NCBI RefSeq assembly: GCF_022045235.1
Contig: NW_027266308.1
Coordinates: 39,556,001 to 39,620,000 of the forward strand
Reading direction: 5' to 3'
DNA: 64,000 bases
From: Haliotis cracherodii
Taxonomy: Eukaryota
Shown: positions 25,608 through 38,060 of the stretch, in pieces
How positions within the stretch are numbered: position 1 is the stretch's first letter
Layout of the letters: every line of letters starts with the position of its first letter
Translations under genes and position numbers: made by a program
The notes under the pieces: generated by a model
The model's database searches: none
What the model was told of the DNA's origin: nothing
The model's input: the letters and a program-made list of their open reading frames with translations, nothing else

Positions 25608-25774
25608 GTGAGTGAGTGAGTATGGTTTTACGCCGTTTTTAGCAATATTCCAGCAATATCACGGCTGGGGACACCAGAAATGGGCTTCACACATTGTACC
25701 CATGTCGGGAATCGAACCCGGGTCTTCGGCGTGACGAGCGAACGCTTTAACCACTAGGCTACCAGACAGCCCCC
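25608..25774 (-). mobile_element. SINE B
   Basis: TSD CATGAATAGT. Confidence 0.92.
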
Positions 25775-25912
25775 ATGAATAGTACTAATATAATTAAATT
25801 GAATGATATTAATGGCCTGTAATGACCAAATAAATGAAATACTAAAGTATGAATAGTGTTTGCCCCCGCACACCATGATCCTATTTGTCCCGGCCACAAT
25901 TTTCAAAATGAG

Positions 25913-26080
25913 AGGGGCGGTCGGGTAGCCTAGTGGTTAAAGCGTTCGCTCGTCACGCCGTAGACCCGGGTTCGATTCCCGACATGAGTACAATGTGTGA
26001 AGCCCATTTGTGGTGTCCCCCGCCGTGATATTGCTGGAATATTGCTAAAAGCGGCGTAAAAACATACTCACTCACTCACT
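25913..26080 (+). mobile_element. SINE B
   Basis: TSD TCAAAATGAGA. Confidence 0.92.
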
Positions 26081-26764
26081 CAAAATGAGAAACACCAACA
26101 CAACGCAGATCATATGGTCCGCTTTAGTTCTGGAGATTTGTCCTCGTAGGAATTGGCTAAATATAAATAGATGATTCTAATACCTGTTCATCTGAATTAA
26201 GAGATAAATAAGAATCGACGCATTTTCTTCTAAACTGTAAACACACACATCAATATGTACTATCAAAAAATTATACAGTGATCTGCTCCAATTATGATTA
26301 ATGTACCCCTATATATTATGACATCATACTAACTACATGTGCAAAGGTCAGCGAAAATGAAGTCTGGGAGTTTAGCTGCTCGGAACTTTACTATCTAATC
26401 TATAAAGGCATTGACTGCTGAGGATCAGAAATGGCACCTGACGATGTTGTTATCACTATCAGCCTCTCATGCAATTAGCCCCCTCCCTGACCCCAAGTAT
26501 CCCTTTAACACGTGTACATGCTGGTAGCGCTAATTGGGTGGGCCCCGTATCCATAACACTGCTAATGCATCTGCCACAGAAACCAGTGATGATGTTCTTG
26601 AAGCACACATCTACAGCACCACCGCTACACGATGACAGCAGGGGTTGGGAAATTTATGTGATACTGTGTCTGTGTTAAACGTGAGCATCAAAACAAAGTG
26701 CTGGTACGGCCGTTGCGTGGAATGTTGGGGAGGAACCACACTGAGTATGTTTATATGTTTCGCA

Positions 26765-27064
26765 GAGTTTGTATAAGGCATGTTGTGTGAGAAGTATCAG
26801 AACCGTTATCGCTTTAGAATGGATCCGTCGGGGAATGCAGCTGCAGCAATAGGGAACGTATATATCAGAGAGTAGGCACGATATGGACTGCAGACAAAAA
26901 ACTTGGCTATAAGGGGATTATTCGTGAAATTCCTAGACTAATAGTGTACTTTGAAGATACTTTTTCAGATGTTATAGTGAAGCGGAACACAACTGGAAAA
27001 CTGCTGACGGAGACCTTTCACTCACTCACTCACTCACTACATCCTTTAATAATCAAATTGTTCT
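26765..27064. repeat. Local duplicate X1 (partner 32010-32263)
   Basis: Shared GTATAAGGCATGT, TGAGAAG.ATCAGAACCG, TGGACTGCAGA, AATTCCTAGAC and CTACATCCTTT.ATAATCAAAT. Confidence 0.9.
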
Positions 27065-27807
27065 TGTTTCATACCCTACTTTTGATTAAACATATCCCCA
27101 CATTACAACCTGGCTACAATTTAGTCGAGAAATATAGAAATGAATTCTTAGAAGTGTGATGTGCGTGTAATGCACACGGCACGCACTTGGAATTAAACCA
27201 CACCAACGCTTGAATATCCTGTGACCTCCTGCAAGGTGTGAGTGCACTACCATAACGCTACAGAGGAGTCAACAATGGTGCAATTAGGTGAAATCTACTC
27301 GGAAACGTGTGTAAAAATAACAATCGTAAGGAAACAGTTTTTATCTGGCTATCAGCATGTTCCTTCCTAACTGTGCATTAGCGGTGACATCCATGCGTAA
27401 TGAGCCCATTGCTGAAATTTACTGGAGGTTCTAAATGCGAAAAAGCACGCTGTTTTGTGCCAATAGCAGAAATGTCCGAACTTTGGAGAGAGGAAAACAG
27501 GATACTTTTTCGGAGTTAGTTAAGATATATCTAACAGCGGTTTCTGCTAAAACTCACCAGTGTAGTAGAGGATCAACCAGAGGACGTGTTTAAGTGGATT
27601 ATTTTTGTGCATGTGCTTCCAGTAACCATTAGGGTGAACAAATTGATTCGGTCTGGAAATGACAAAAAATGAAATGAGAAACTATGTCTTTAGTAAGTAG
27701 AAATCTGTAGATAAACCCTTGTTCGCTTGTGGAAGCAACAGACACGCGCCGTCGGGATAACTACCAACCAGATAATACACTACGGCTGGCCTTCCTTTGT
27801 GGTTAAG

Positions 27808-28074
27808 AACCGTGAAGATTCCGGGGTAGAATAGGTCTTCAGCAACCCATGCTTGCCGTAAAAGGCGACTATGCTTGTCGTAAGAGGCGACTAACGGGAT
27901 CGTGTGGTCAGGATCGCTGACTTGGTTGATGTCATCGATCCCAATTGCGTGGATCGATGTTCTTGATATCAATCACTGGATTGTCTGGTCCAGACTCGAT
28001 TATTTACAGACCGCGGTCATATAGCTGGAATATTGCTGAGTGCGGCGTTAAACAATAACAACCAACCAACCAAC
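27808..28074 (+). mobile_element. SINE-like family A (headless, structured 5' end), full-length copy
   Basis: ACCGTGAAGAT(T)CCGGGGTAGAATAGGTCTTCAGC...CTGGAATATTGCTGAGTGCGGCGTTAAAC with (AACC)n tail. TSD TTGTGGTTAA. Confidence 0.92.
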
Positions 28075-28218
28075 CCTTGTGGTTAACCATCCAAATACTT
28101 GCCAAGCTCAGCAGTCATCGCTCCGATTCAGTCACCTTTGAGTAGCCACTTACGGGGAATGAAGACAATATTCAGGACACAAATTAATATCGATATTTTG
28201 ATATATATGTAAAACTAA

Positions 28219-28385
28219 GTGAGTGAGTGAGTATGGTTTTACGCCGCTTTTAACAATATTCCAGCAACAACACGGCGGGTGACACCAGAAATCGTCTTCA
28301 CACATTGTACACTTGTCGGGAATCGAACCCGGGTCTTCGGCGAGACGAGCGAACGCTTTAACCACTACCGGCTACCGACCGCCCC
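28219..28385 (-). mobile_element. SINE B
   Basis: Matches the consensus. Confidence 0.88.
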
Positions 28386-29409
28386 TGCAAAACCAAAAGC
28401 CAGGTCATATTTGAAGGAAACATACTACTTTCATCATCTGCGCGCCTTTGTGAGGGGTCATCTTAATTTCTCTGTCTAAGTTACGTGTTTAAATGTGAAA
28501 GGGCAGCAGGTGTGTATATTGATTTAGAGTATATGTACAGCCTATTTCTTGACATAAGTCACATTTTTAGTCCCTTCCTAATACAGTTATCATGACAATA
28601 AGAATGGTATGATTGATTTCCAGTAATGACTCACCGTAGGAAATGATGAATAAAACACAGTTTTGTCAATATAATTTATTACTTGAATTCTTGAGACCAA
28701 AATGTTCGGAAATGAGACATTGACACTTCTAAAATGATATACCCTGTATTTTTGCGGTGATATGCCCTCAAAGAAATGATAGTCAATACAAATAGACTAT
28801 TAAAATACCTCTTTCTGTAGGTTTGAAGAGGTAAATGTAGAAGCATCTTTTCTACAACATAATACAAACATCTACTGCAAACTGTATAATAAGAAATTAA
28901 TACAACATTTGTTTCCGTTCCAGATAAACTAAGTGTACCTACGTGCATAATATGATACAACATTAACTACCGCGTGCATAAGTAAGCGAAAATAAAGCCA
29001 GTGGGTTTAGGTGCTTGAGGTTGACTTTCTTACCTTTCAGGGCAGGCATTTCAGGATCGGTGATGAAGTGTGGCAAAAAGTTATGAGTCTCACTACGAAG
29101 GATGTATATAAATAAATGCAACAAAACCCGATTCATAATCACCAGAAACCTGTCCATTGTACCGTTCCGATTATATCATGAAGATGTGTTTATGGATCAT
29201 ATGCTGCCCCACCAGTGGCTCCACATGCAGAGGCAAGTACATTTTTCACCTAAAAAGACTAGAAAATATGGGAATTGCATACGGACATCAATTTAGTCAC
29301 TGATGCGTCAAATTTGGAAATGCCATCAACATGTCCACCATAAAACCTTTCGAAATCTTTATTAAGGGCTTGGATGTTGTAACCTTGATCGAACAACTTT
29401 TGAGAAAGA

Positions 29410-29655
29410 TTGGTTGGTTGGTTGGTTTGTTGTTTAACGCCGCACTCATCAATATTCCAGCTATATGACGTCGGTCTGTAAATAATCGAGTCTGGACCAG
29501 ACAATCCAGTGATTGATATCATGAACATCGATCGATTTGAGATACGATGACATGCATCAACCAAGTCAGCCACCCTGACCACCCGATCCGGTTAGTCACC
29601 TTTTACGGCAAGCATGGGTTGCTGAAGACCTATTCTAACCCGGATCTTCACGGGC
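29410..29655 (-). mobile_element. SINE-like family A, full-length copy
   Basis: TSD TTTTGAGAAAGA. It interrupts a Penelope-like relic. Confidence 0.92.
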
Positions 29656-29892
29656 ATTTTGAGAAAGAAGCGTATGACGCTCTTTGAAATCTTTGTAGCA
29701 ACAACATGCTCGATTGTACCTCAAAATTTGTAAAGTGTAAACACTAAAGGCAGGAGCTGCGCGCAGGAATGTTTCTTGACATAAAAGGAAAGTTGATGTC
29801 ATCCTTGTTGTCATACAATCTTCTTGACAGTTTCTGTGTACACCCTTTACAGTTTATGTAATGTTATAAGTACAGTACGTTCCCTGCTTACA

Positions 29893-30171
29893 GGGGGCAC
29901 GGATGGCCCAGTCGTCATAAGCGCCGTGATTCGCTGTGCAGAGTTTCGTCCCTTGGACACGCCAGAAACCTACGATTGTGGTTCGAATCCCAATTCGCCC
30001 AATTATGTTTCTAGGTTTGTCAGCACCATACCCGTGCTCGTGGGTTTCACCGAAGTGGTAAATGTCTGAGACCTGCATCACTTCGGGCTTTCCTCCCACA
30101 TTAAGCTGACACGCCGTGAAACAACTGGAATACTGTTAAATGCGGCCTTAAACCCAACTCACTCACTCACT
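29893..30171 (+). mobile_element. tRNA-derived SINE C (long A-B box spacing)
   Basis: GGGGCACGGATGGCCCAGTCGTC..GGTTCGAATCC..CTGGAATACTGTTAAATGCGGC, (ACTC)n tail. Confidence 0.9.
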
Positions 30172-30189
30172 CCAACAACCATCAATGCG

Positions 30190-31655
30190 GACATGGTGTC
30201 AACTTTAGAGGATGGTGCACATTCCTTTGACACTGCTAAAATGTGACCACTGGGGCCGAGAGGGGCTCACAGATGAGCCAAGAGCAGGAAGTCCTCAACT
30301 AACACCTCTAAGGTGAATGTTGATAGAATACATGACATGATTATGGAAGATCTATGACTCACCACGCGTCACATATCATATACAGTACGCATCTCTCATA
30401 CGAGAGATGAGAATACTCTGAGGAATAAACTGGGCATGATATAGGTTTCAGCATGCTGGGTTTCAAGGCTTCTGACGCCTTAGGGACCGATCATTTGGTA
30501 TTCTTAGGGTGGTATTTATCGATATAAGGTATTTATCAAAAAAATATTTTGTTATTGTAAACTATGAGCCTGACTTTTAAAGGAAAAACATCTTGCAACA
30601 ATGTATTTTTTGTGACAGGCAAATTCTATTATTTTTAACGGCTTGAAGCATGAATAAATTATTTTTTCAATAATTATGGTGGGTTCCATGTCAGATACGC
30701 TCCATGTTCATCATCTCTTTAAAGAATCTACATGGTCTAGGAGCCGACCCAGCTGATTTTGTTGAGTGATTTGTAACCATGGATGAGTCTTGAATTCACC
30801 ACTATCAGCCAGAGACTAAACAACCGTCATTGAAGTAGAAACATTTGACGTCTCCTCCGAAGACGAAGGCTAAGTTTCATCAGCTGGCAAGGTGGTAGCT
30901 TTGGCGGATTACCTCCCGAAAGATCAGACCATTAGTGGCCAATATTATTCTGTTCTCCTTAGGCAACGACCGGATAATATCAAGGCTACAGGTCGCAGCA
31001 GAGGACATCATGAAGTGTGTTGTTGCACCAGGACAATGTACCCGTGCACAACTCTGTTGTCCCCATGGCTGAAATGCATGAGTGAGTGAGTGAGTGAGTT
31101 GGGTTAACGCCGCTTTTAACAGTGTTCCAGTTATATCACGGCGTGTCAGCTTATTGTGGGAGGAAAGCCCGAAGTGATGCAGGTCTCAGACGTTTACCAC
31201 TTCGGTGAAACCCACGAGTACGGGTATGGTGCTGACAGACCTAGAAACATAATCGGGGATAACCGGCATTCGAACCCACAATCATAGGTTTCTGGCGTGT
31301 CCAAGGGACGCAACTCTGCACAGCGAATCGCGGCGCCTTCGACGACTGGGCCACCCATGCCCCCTGCAATGCATGACTGTGGCTATGAATTCAATGAACA
31401 TCCACCATATTCACTAGATTTGGTACCCTTCCCAAAATTGAGGAAAATACGGTCTGGCAAGCATTATTTAATTTCTGCTGAAAAGGACTTCTTGCAGCAA
31501 CACGAGGAAGCCTTTTACACCAGTGGGATCCAGGCACTCCAGCATTGTTGACAGATGTGCGTGGACCTAGTGGATTATGGTGAACAATAATTAGCATCAA
31601 ACTCAACCTAAGCAGTCCATCATAGTTAGGCTCAGAACTTTTAAGTCACCCATCA
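30190..31655 (+). pseudogene. Degenerate mariner transposase, interrupted by SINE C (31080-31365) and an AT-rich insert (~30481-30700)
   Basis: Fragments WVSRLLT, FVTMDES*IHHYQPETKQ, LHQDNVPVH and HPPYSLDLVP, with stops and frameshifts. Confidence 0.88.
31080..31365 (-). mobile_element. SINE C inserted in a mariner relic
   Basis: TSD AATGCATGA. Confidence 0.92.
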
Positions 31656-33441
31656 ACCTTAACCGCGGAAGACATCGCCAAGCATTCATTCCACATGTTT
31701 GGGTATTGTCTTTGGTGCTATTCCCATTTTATGCAGGTAAGTAATCACAGTTCGTTTCTCAGTTTTCTCCAGATAGTCATCATAGTAAGCTCTATAACTT
31801 TCGACGCAATTTCTTCTAAACTGCAAATACACAACCCGTTTCAATATGTATTATCAGAAATATGTTCAGTGGTCCGCTCAAATTAAGATTAATGTACCCC
31901 AAAGCAGACGGGGCGGACATTGCACCCATGGGGGAAATCGAACCCGGGCCTTCGACGTGACGAGCGAACCCTTTAACCACTAAACTACCCTACTACTCCT
32001 TAAAGCAACGAGTTCGTATAAGGCATGTCAGGTGAGAAGCATCAGAACCGCTATGGCTTTAAAATAGAGCCGTTGGGCAATGTAGTTGCAGCAATAGGAA
32101 ACATACATGCAAGGAGGTCGGTACGACATGGACTGCAGAAAAACATACATGGTTATTGGAGGATTATTTTTGGAATTCCTAGACAAATGATGAACGGAGC
32201 GGATGACTTGGACCTTAATCAACATTCACTCACTCTCTACATCCTTTTATAATCAAATAGTTCTAGACTTTTTCTTTAACTTTTTTCGGAAAAAATTATT
32301 CATTTTAGATGGGTCCACATAGAAACCAATCTTCTTACCAGGACTTAGACCAAAATGAGATGATACATATACTGTTAACATTTGATGTGCGAACCGATAT
32401 AATATCGTCAACTTATATCGCACAGTATAGGGGTGGTGGGGTAGTGGGGTAGTGGTGAAGGTGTTGGTACGTCATGCCGAAATCTGGGTTCGTTCCCGTC
32501 ATGGGTAATGTGAGTGGTGCCTATCCGTGGCACTTCTGGAATATTGCTAAAGACGGCGTTAAACCTCTCACTCACTGTGTAGATAACTGGGTTATGACAC
32601 TCGTGGAAAGAAGGAGCTTGTGTAAATAAATGTTAGGAAATTTATGCGGTAAGTTATGCTGTAAATACAGCTTATTTCGTGCACTTAAGCACATTTCTTC
32701 AAGTGAAATATAGTTCATATTTTTTACATGAGATGCTAAGCAACAAATACAGTATTTATTTCAGAATTTACGAGACAAATAAACATAATATTTGAGAACG
32801 TGCATTGACTTGTGTATTCTTTATGTGCATGGAAACGTACATCTCTGAGAGCTACTTGTAACATTGTTTAATGTGTTTAAAGCCAAACAGTCATATATCA
32901 TTGGCAGTAGATTTATTACCAGTACTGTCTGACTGCATTCAAGCAATAACGTGGTATTTTCCTATAGCTTACAGCTTCCTTGGAATGTACAAACACGACT
33001 CCAGACAGTTACATCACTACTACACCTCCTTTACCGACTAGAGAGCTGATGGTGAAAGGTTCGGTCCCTTTTTGGCTATTCTTATTCCATTGTATGACTA
33101 GACATCATAGATATTTATCAAAAGGGCATTATAAAAACAAAACATCATTTTTTCATGGAAAGGTTCCGCTGAAGTAAAACGTACGGAAGCCTGTTAGGGA
33201 CATTAAATAAATATAGACATGTCAATTTAGTCAATTCAGCAGACGCGACGTCTGACTGGAGCTCCATAACTAATATGAAAACATTACCGGTGTTTGTAGC
33301 TACAGTACCGTGATTAAAATGTAACCTCAGTTGACAATGGTCGTGGTTTCTTATTGTCAGAGGGTTCATCTCATAGGTCACAATCGTGTACTCGAGCTCA
33401 TTGCGTCAGTAATTTCATCACAGCACTTGTTTCATTAGAGA

Positions 33442-33661
33442 GCCGTGAAGATCCGGGTTAGAATAGGTCTTCAGCAACCCATGCTTGTCTTAAGAGGGGA
33501 CTAACGGGATCGGGTGGTCGTGCTCGCTGACTTGGTTGATGTATGTCATCGTATGCCAAATGCGTGGATCGATGCTCATGATGTCAATCACTGGAGTGTC
33601 TGTTCCAGACTCCATCAAATTCAGACCGCCGTCATATACCTGGAATATTGCTGAGTGCGGC
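33442..33661 (+). mobile_element. SINE-like family A
   Basis: Matches the consensus; tail lost. Confidence 0.87.
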
Positions 33662-34121
33662 CTATTTACCTCGTTAAAATCTGTGCTGTTTTCGTAATAA
33701 CCTACTGCGATATCAGAAGATGTAGTTAGATACACATAGACATCTCATTTCGGAGGTAAGCCTGACGGCTTTACCGTTGCAGCCTAAATAGTATACAATT
33801 GCCCTCTTTTAGATCTTACTATCTCGGCTTTTCCCAGACAATGTCTTTAAGTAGCATAAGATTTGTCATGACCTCTTAACGCCAACGCCGACTCGTCTTG
33901 TACAAATGGACCAAATTGGTCGTAAAGAGACCATGACAGACGGCCGTCGAATTGCCATGCTGGTTTAAGCATGCTATCAAAGGTCGTGAGCTTACACCAG
34001 TGACAAGGCACAACATATTTTATGAGGAAGAAGACAAGCGCTATGCCGGGCCTGATCCTGAATAAAAACCTTATCAAAGACTTTCATACTCATGTCAGTA
34101 TCATACAGTGAACAATATATA

Positions 34122-34381
34122 GTTTGTTTGTTTGTTGTTTAACGCCGCACTTAGCAATATTCAAGTTATATGGCGGCGGTCTGAAAATGATCGAGTCTGC
34201 ACCAGACAACCCAGTGATTGACGTCATGAACATCGATCAAATTGGGATACGATGACATGCATCAACTAAGTCAGCGAGCCTGACCACCCGATCCCGTTAG
34301 ACGCCACTTACGACAACGTAGTCGCCTCTGTCGGCAAGTATGGGTTGCTGAAGACCTATTCTACCCGGGATCTTCACGGGT
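34122..34381 (-). mobile_element. SINE-like family A
   Basis: Matches the consensus. Confidence 0.88.
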
Positions 34382-36136
34382 GTCCTTACTTTTAAAATTT
34401 CATGAAGGTTTACGTCATTGATAATATATTAACTGATATCACCAAGTTCATTAATTTAATATGTTACATCTGTATATGTTTAGCCCTAGCCTGAAATCGT
34501 GATTGAGAATATATTTACGTCTTCTTCATCATTGTTATTCTACCACACGCGATGATTCCTTTTGTCAAAGACGATATGACACAAACATTTGTATATTAGT
34601 ATGAAGGTTACTTTAATAATTATGAATCCGGATCTTTACGGGGCGAAAACTATATGAATAGTTCGTGAATATTTACAGATGATTCTTATTCAAATAAACC
34701 GCAAGCGGAATCCGTGGTAGAATAGGTCCCAAGCAACCCATTTTTTGTCCACTATAGACCGGGCAGTCAGGTTCTGTTCACAAAACATCAATCACCCGTT
34801 TGCTGGCCCAGGCTTGAATCTGTTTAGAGAGACCGCCACGAAAAAGCTTGTATTTTGCAAAGCTACATCAACTTAGTATTGATGTACGGAGATAGTGTTA
34901 TTATCATGCCCTGCCCTAGCCCAGTGTAAAGAACGGATTTGAACGAGTGAGTGAGTTGGGTTTAACGCCGCTTTTAACATTATTCCAGTTATATCGCGGC
35001 GTATCAGCTTAATGTGGGAGGAAAGGCCGAAGGGATGCAGGTCTCAGACGTTTACCACTAACAAACCTTGAAACATAATTGGGGCGAACAGGGATTCGAA
35101 CCCATAATCATAAGTTTCTGGCGTGTCCAAGGGACGCAACTCTGCACAGCGAATCGCGGCGCCTTAGGCGACTGGGCCACCGGTGCCCCCTGGAATCCCT
35201 CAGCAATGTTCTATCTATAGCTATACGACAGAGAACTGTAAATAAACGAGGCTGGAACAGACAATCCAATGATTGATATTGTGAGCAACGATGCACGCCG
35301 CTAGGGTACGATGACACGCAATCAACCAAGTCACCGAGCCTGAGAACCTTCTCCATATGATCGCGGCTTGAGGACGTCGTAGGTTGCTGGGGACCAATTC
35401 TAAACCGGAATCCACGGGGATGAACGTAGACATACGATGTACTTTAGCGATAGTAAAATCCTTTGCAAGGTTTAGAACGTAATTAATAGACCAACGCCGT
35501 CGTAATTAAGACATATTATAATACCCCCGCGCTGGTTATTATTGCATACATATTCATATTTTTTTGGTTATTAAGTCACTGTGACATTTCGGTTCGAATG
35601 GAATTTGACCTCACACGTAACACGTATTGATATAACCGATAGGAGACCATTAATAGATTAAAAGTTTCACACTTAGCATGGCCAATTAAGGACACATGTA
35701 CCTACTTGACGTTATGACGTATTAATAACACTGGCTTGTGATAGGAAATGTGCACTTATATATATATATTTGATACGACAGCAGTGCCCGAATCGTAATG
35801 AATGTACTTACGTACCATGCCGTGTCATTGAACAGTTGAACTGGAGCTGGCACAGGGAAGGTCGCTGACGGTTTAATGTAAACTAGGTACTTGAAGCCCA
35901 ACTTTTCACATTCTTGTTTTCAGACACACGACGAGCATTGATTCGGCAACGTCACGAGAAATCTATGTGACAACGTAAGGCAACATTAATTTTGATCATT
36001 TATCATATTGTAGTTATTTGGAGTACACAAATGCTGGACTTCTTCTTTGATAAAGTCTTTGAGAAGAGGTAGACATCCCTGGTGGGACAAGTTGTGCTCC
36101 TCTTCTTGCTTAACTGTTTCTTTATGCACGTGACTA

Positions 36137-36397
36137 GTGAAGATCCGGGGTAGAATAGGTCATCAGCAACCCATGCTTGCTGTCAATTGTGACTATGCCC
36201 TTCTGTATGAGGCGTCTAACAGGATCGGGTTGTCAGACTTGCTGACTTGGTTGATGCATGTCATCGTATTCCAGTTGCGTGGATCGATGCTCATGATATC
36301 AATCACAGGATTGTCTGGTCAAGACTGGATTATTTACATACCGCCGTCATACAGCTGGAATATTGCTGAGTGCGGCTTTAAACAACGACAAACAAAC
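36137..36397 (+). mobile_element. SINE-like family A
   Basis: Matches the consensus. Confidence 0.87.
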
Positions 36398-36742
36398 TTA
36401 AGCAGACGTAGATTAGGATGGGGTACAAAATATGTTTGAACTGGCAACGGATAACGCTTCTCACCAAAGGCGCCTCGCAAGACGCTCAAAATTATGCCTC
36501 AAAACAATTCGGCGGGCCAAGTTATCGTTACAAACGTGTTCGACCCGTGAAGATCCACGGGCCCCCATTCTTGTAAGAGGCGACTAATGGGATCGGGTGG
36601 TCAGGCTCGCCGACTTCGTTGATGCATGTCATCGTATTCCAACTACGTAAAACGATGCTTTTGATGTGAATTTCTGCTCGGGTTTGCAAATTCAGAACAA
36701 GGGAATTTGGATCAAGAGATTTAACATAATCAGCATCAAGTA

Positions 36743-37968
36743 TACTGAACAACAAGAGTTCCTGTGACATTGAATATGATTTAATGCAAAGTTATGTTTT
36801 TTTACCAAATCCGAAACAATTTCGGTTTGCTACAGATAAAAGTCTGCTGTAAGTGTTCAATTGGTTTAATTTGCCACACTGACCTAAAAAAATGCGTGAT
36901 TTCATAAAAAAACATGAACATGCCAAAATGTCAATATACATATCAATAGCGTGTGTGTCCACCTCTTGGTGCGATGCAAGCAGCACATCTTCGGCTCATG
37001 GAATGGACCTGACGTTGCACAAAGTCCTTACTGTCCATATCTGCCGGAGCATGTTTCGAAGTTCCTGGAGTGTCTGTGGAAGACGTGGTTGACGTCGAAG
37101 GCGCCGATCCATCTTATCCAACATGTGCTCGATTGGTGAGAGATCAGGAGTGCGAGCCGGCCAGGGGATGACATTCACGTTGTTTTGTTGGAGAGAATCC
37201 CGAACAAGTCGAGCAATATGAGGCCGGGCGTTGTCATGTTGAAAGTTAATGCCTGGGCCATGACGACGCTAAAACGGTAGAACAACAGGGACGATGATCT
37301 AGTTGCGGTAGCGTTGTACATCAAGATTTCCCTCTACCACTATCAAACGGATCCTCTGTCTTGCTGTAATCGCACATCTGAGGCGACGACGTACGGTTTG
37401 TGAAGGTATTCGTCGAAGGCCAAGGATGCTTCTTGCAGTCACTGTGGCTGGTTGGAATCGATTTCGTAGGTGTGTTGTTCGAATCCAGTTGACTTTTCGA
37501 TTATTGGTTACGCGTGTCCTGCCACTCCGAGGATGGTCTCTGACTGCATTCGTATGTTGCCAACGTTGCCAGAAACACCAAATGGTGTTTCTGTGGACGT
37601 TAACTTGTCTTGCAACATCACGTTAACTCGATCCTGCTTCAAAGCATACCAATGGCTCGCAGACGCTCACTTTTGGACAGGCGTGACATTTCGTAATGTT
37701 GAATAATTGCATAATTTTGTTGTTTTTCTGAGTGGTTGTCGTCAGCACGATGCTATACAATGCATATGGAATTCCGTTAACGCACATGGTAGTGAAATGG
37801 ATGGGGCTTGCATAAAAGTCAACTTTTGCATTGAATGCATGCTTTTCTGTAGCAGTTGCGTTTTTGTGACTTCATTCCATACACGTACTACAATATTGAA
37901 AACCAAACTTAACTTGTTTGAAAAATTCACTAAAATATTGGTGTCACAGGAACTTTTGTTGTTGAGTA
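36743..37968 (-). mobile_element. Tc1-family DNA transposon, internally deleted and degenerate
   Basis: TIRs TACTGAACAACAAGAGTTCCTGTGACA / TGTCACAGGAACTTTTGTTGTTGAGTA, flanked by TA. Transposase remnants FQHDNARPH and WPARTPDLSPIEH. Confidence 0.92.
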
Positions 37969-38060
37969 TATATAGAAGATCTGATATCGTTTGTTTACTA
38001 ACGGTCAAATAACCAATTCCCTTCCTTTGATTTACCCTATACCTGGAAATGTAGGTGACC

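Noticed and set aside
25913-25992. tRNA gene-like sequences (Asp/Val-like and Leu-like heads)
   Set aside because: They are always attached to SINE bodies, tails and TSDs, and the acceptor stems do not pair properly. They are SINE heads.
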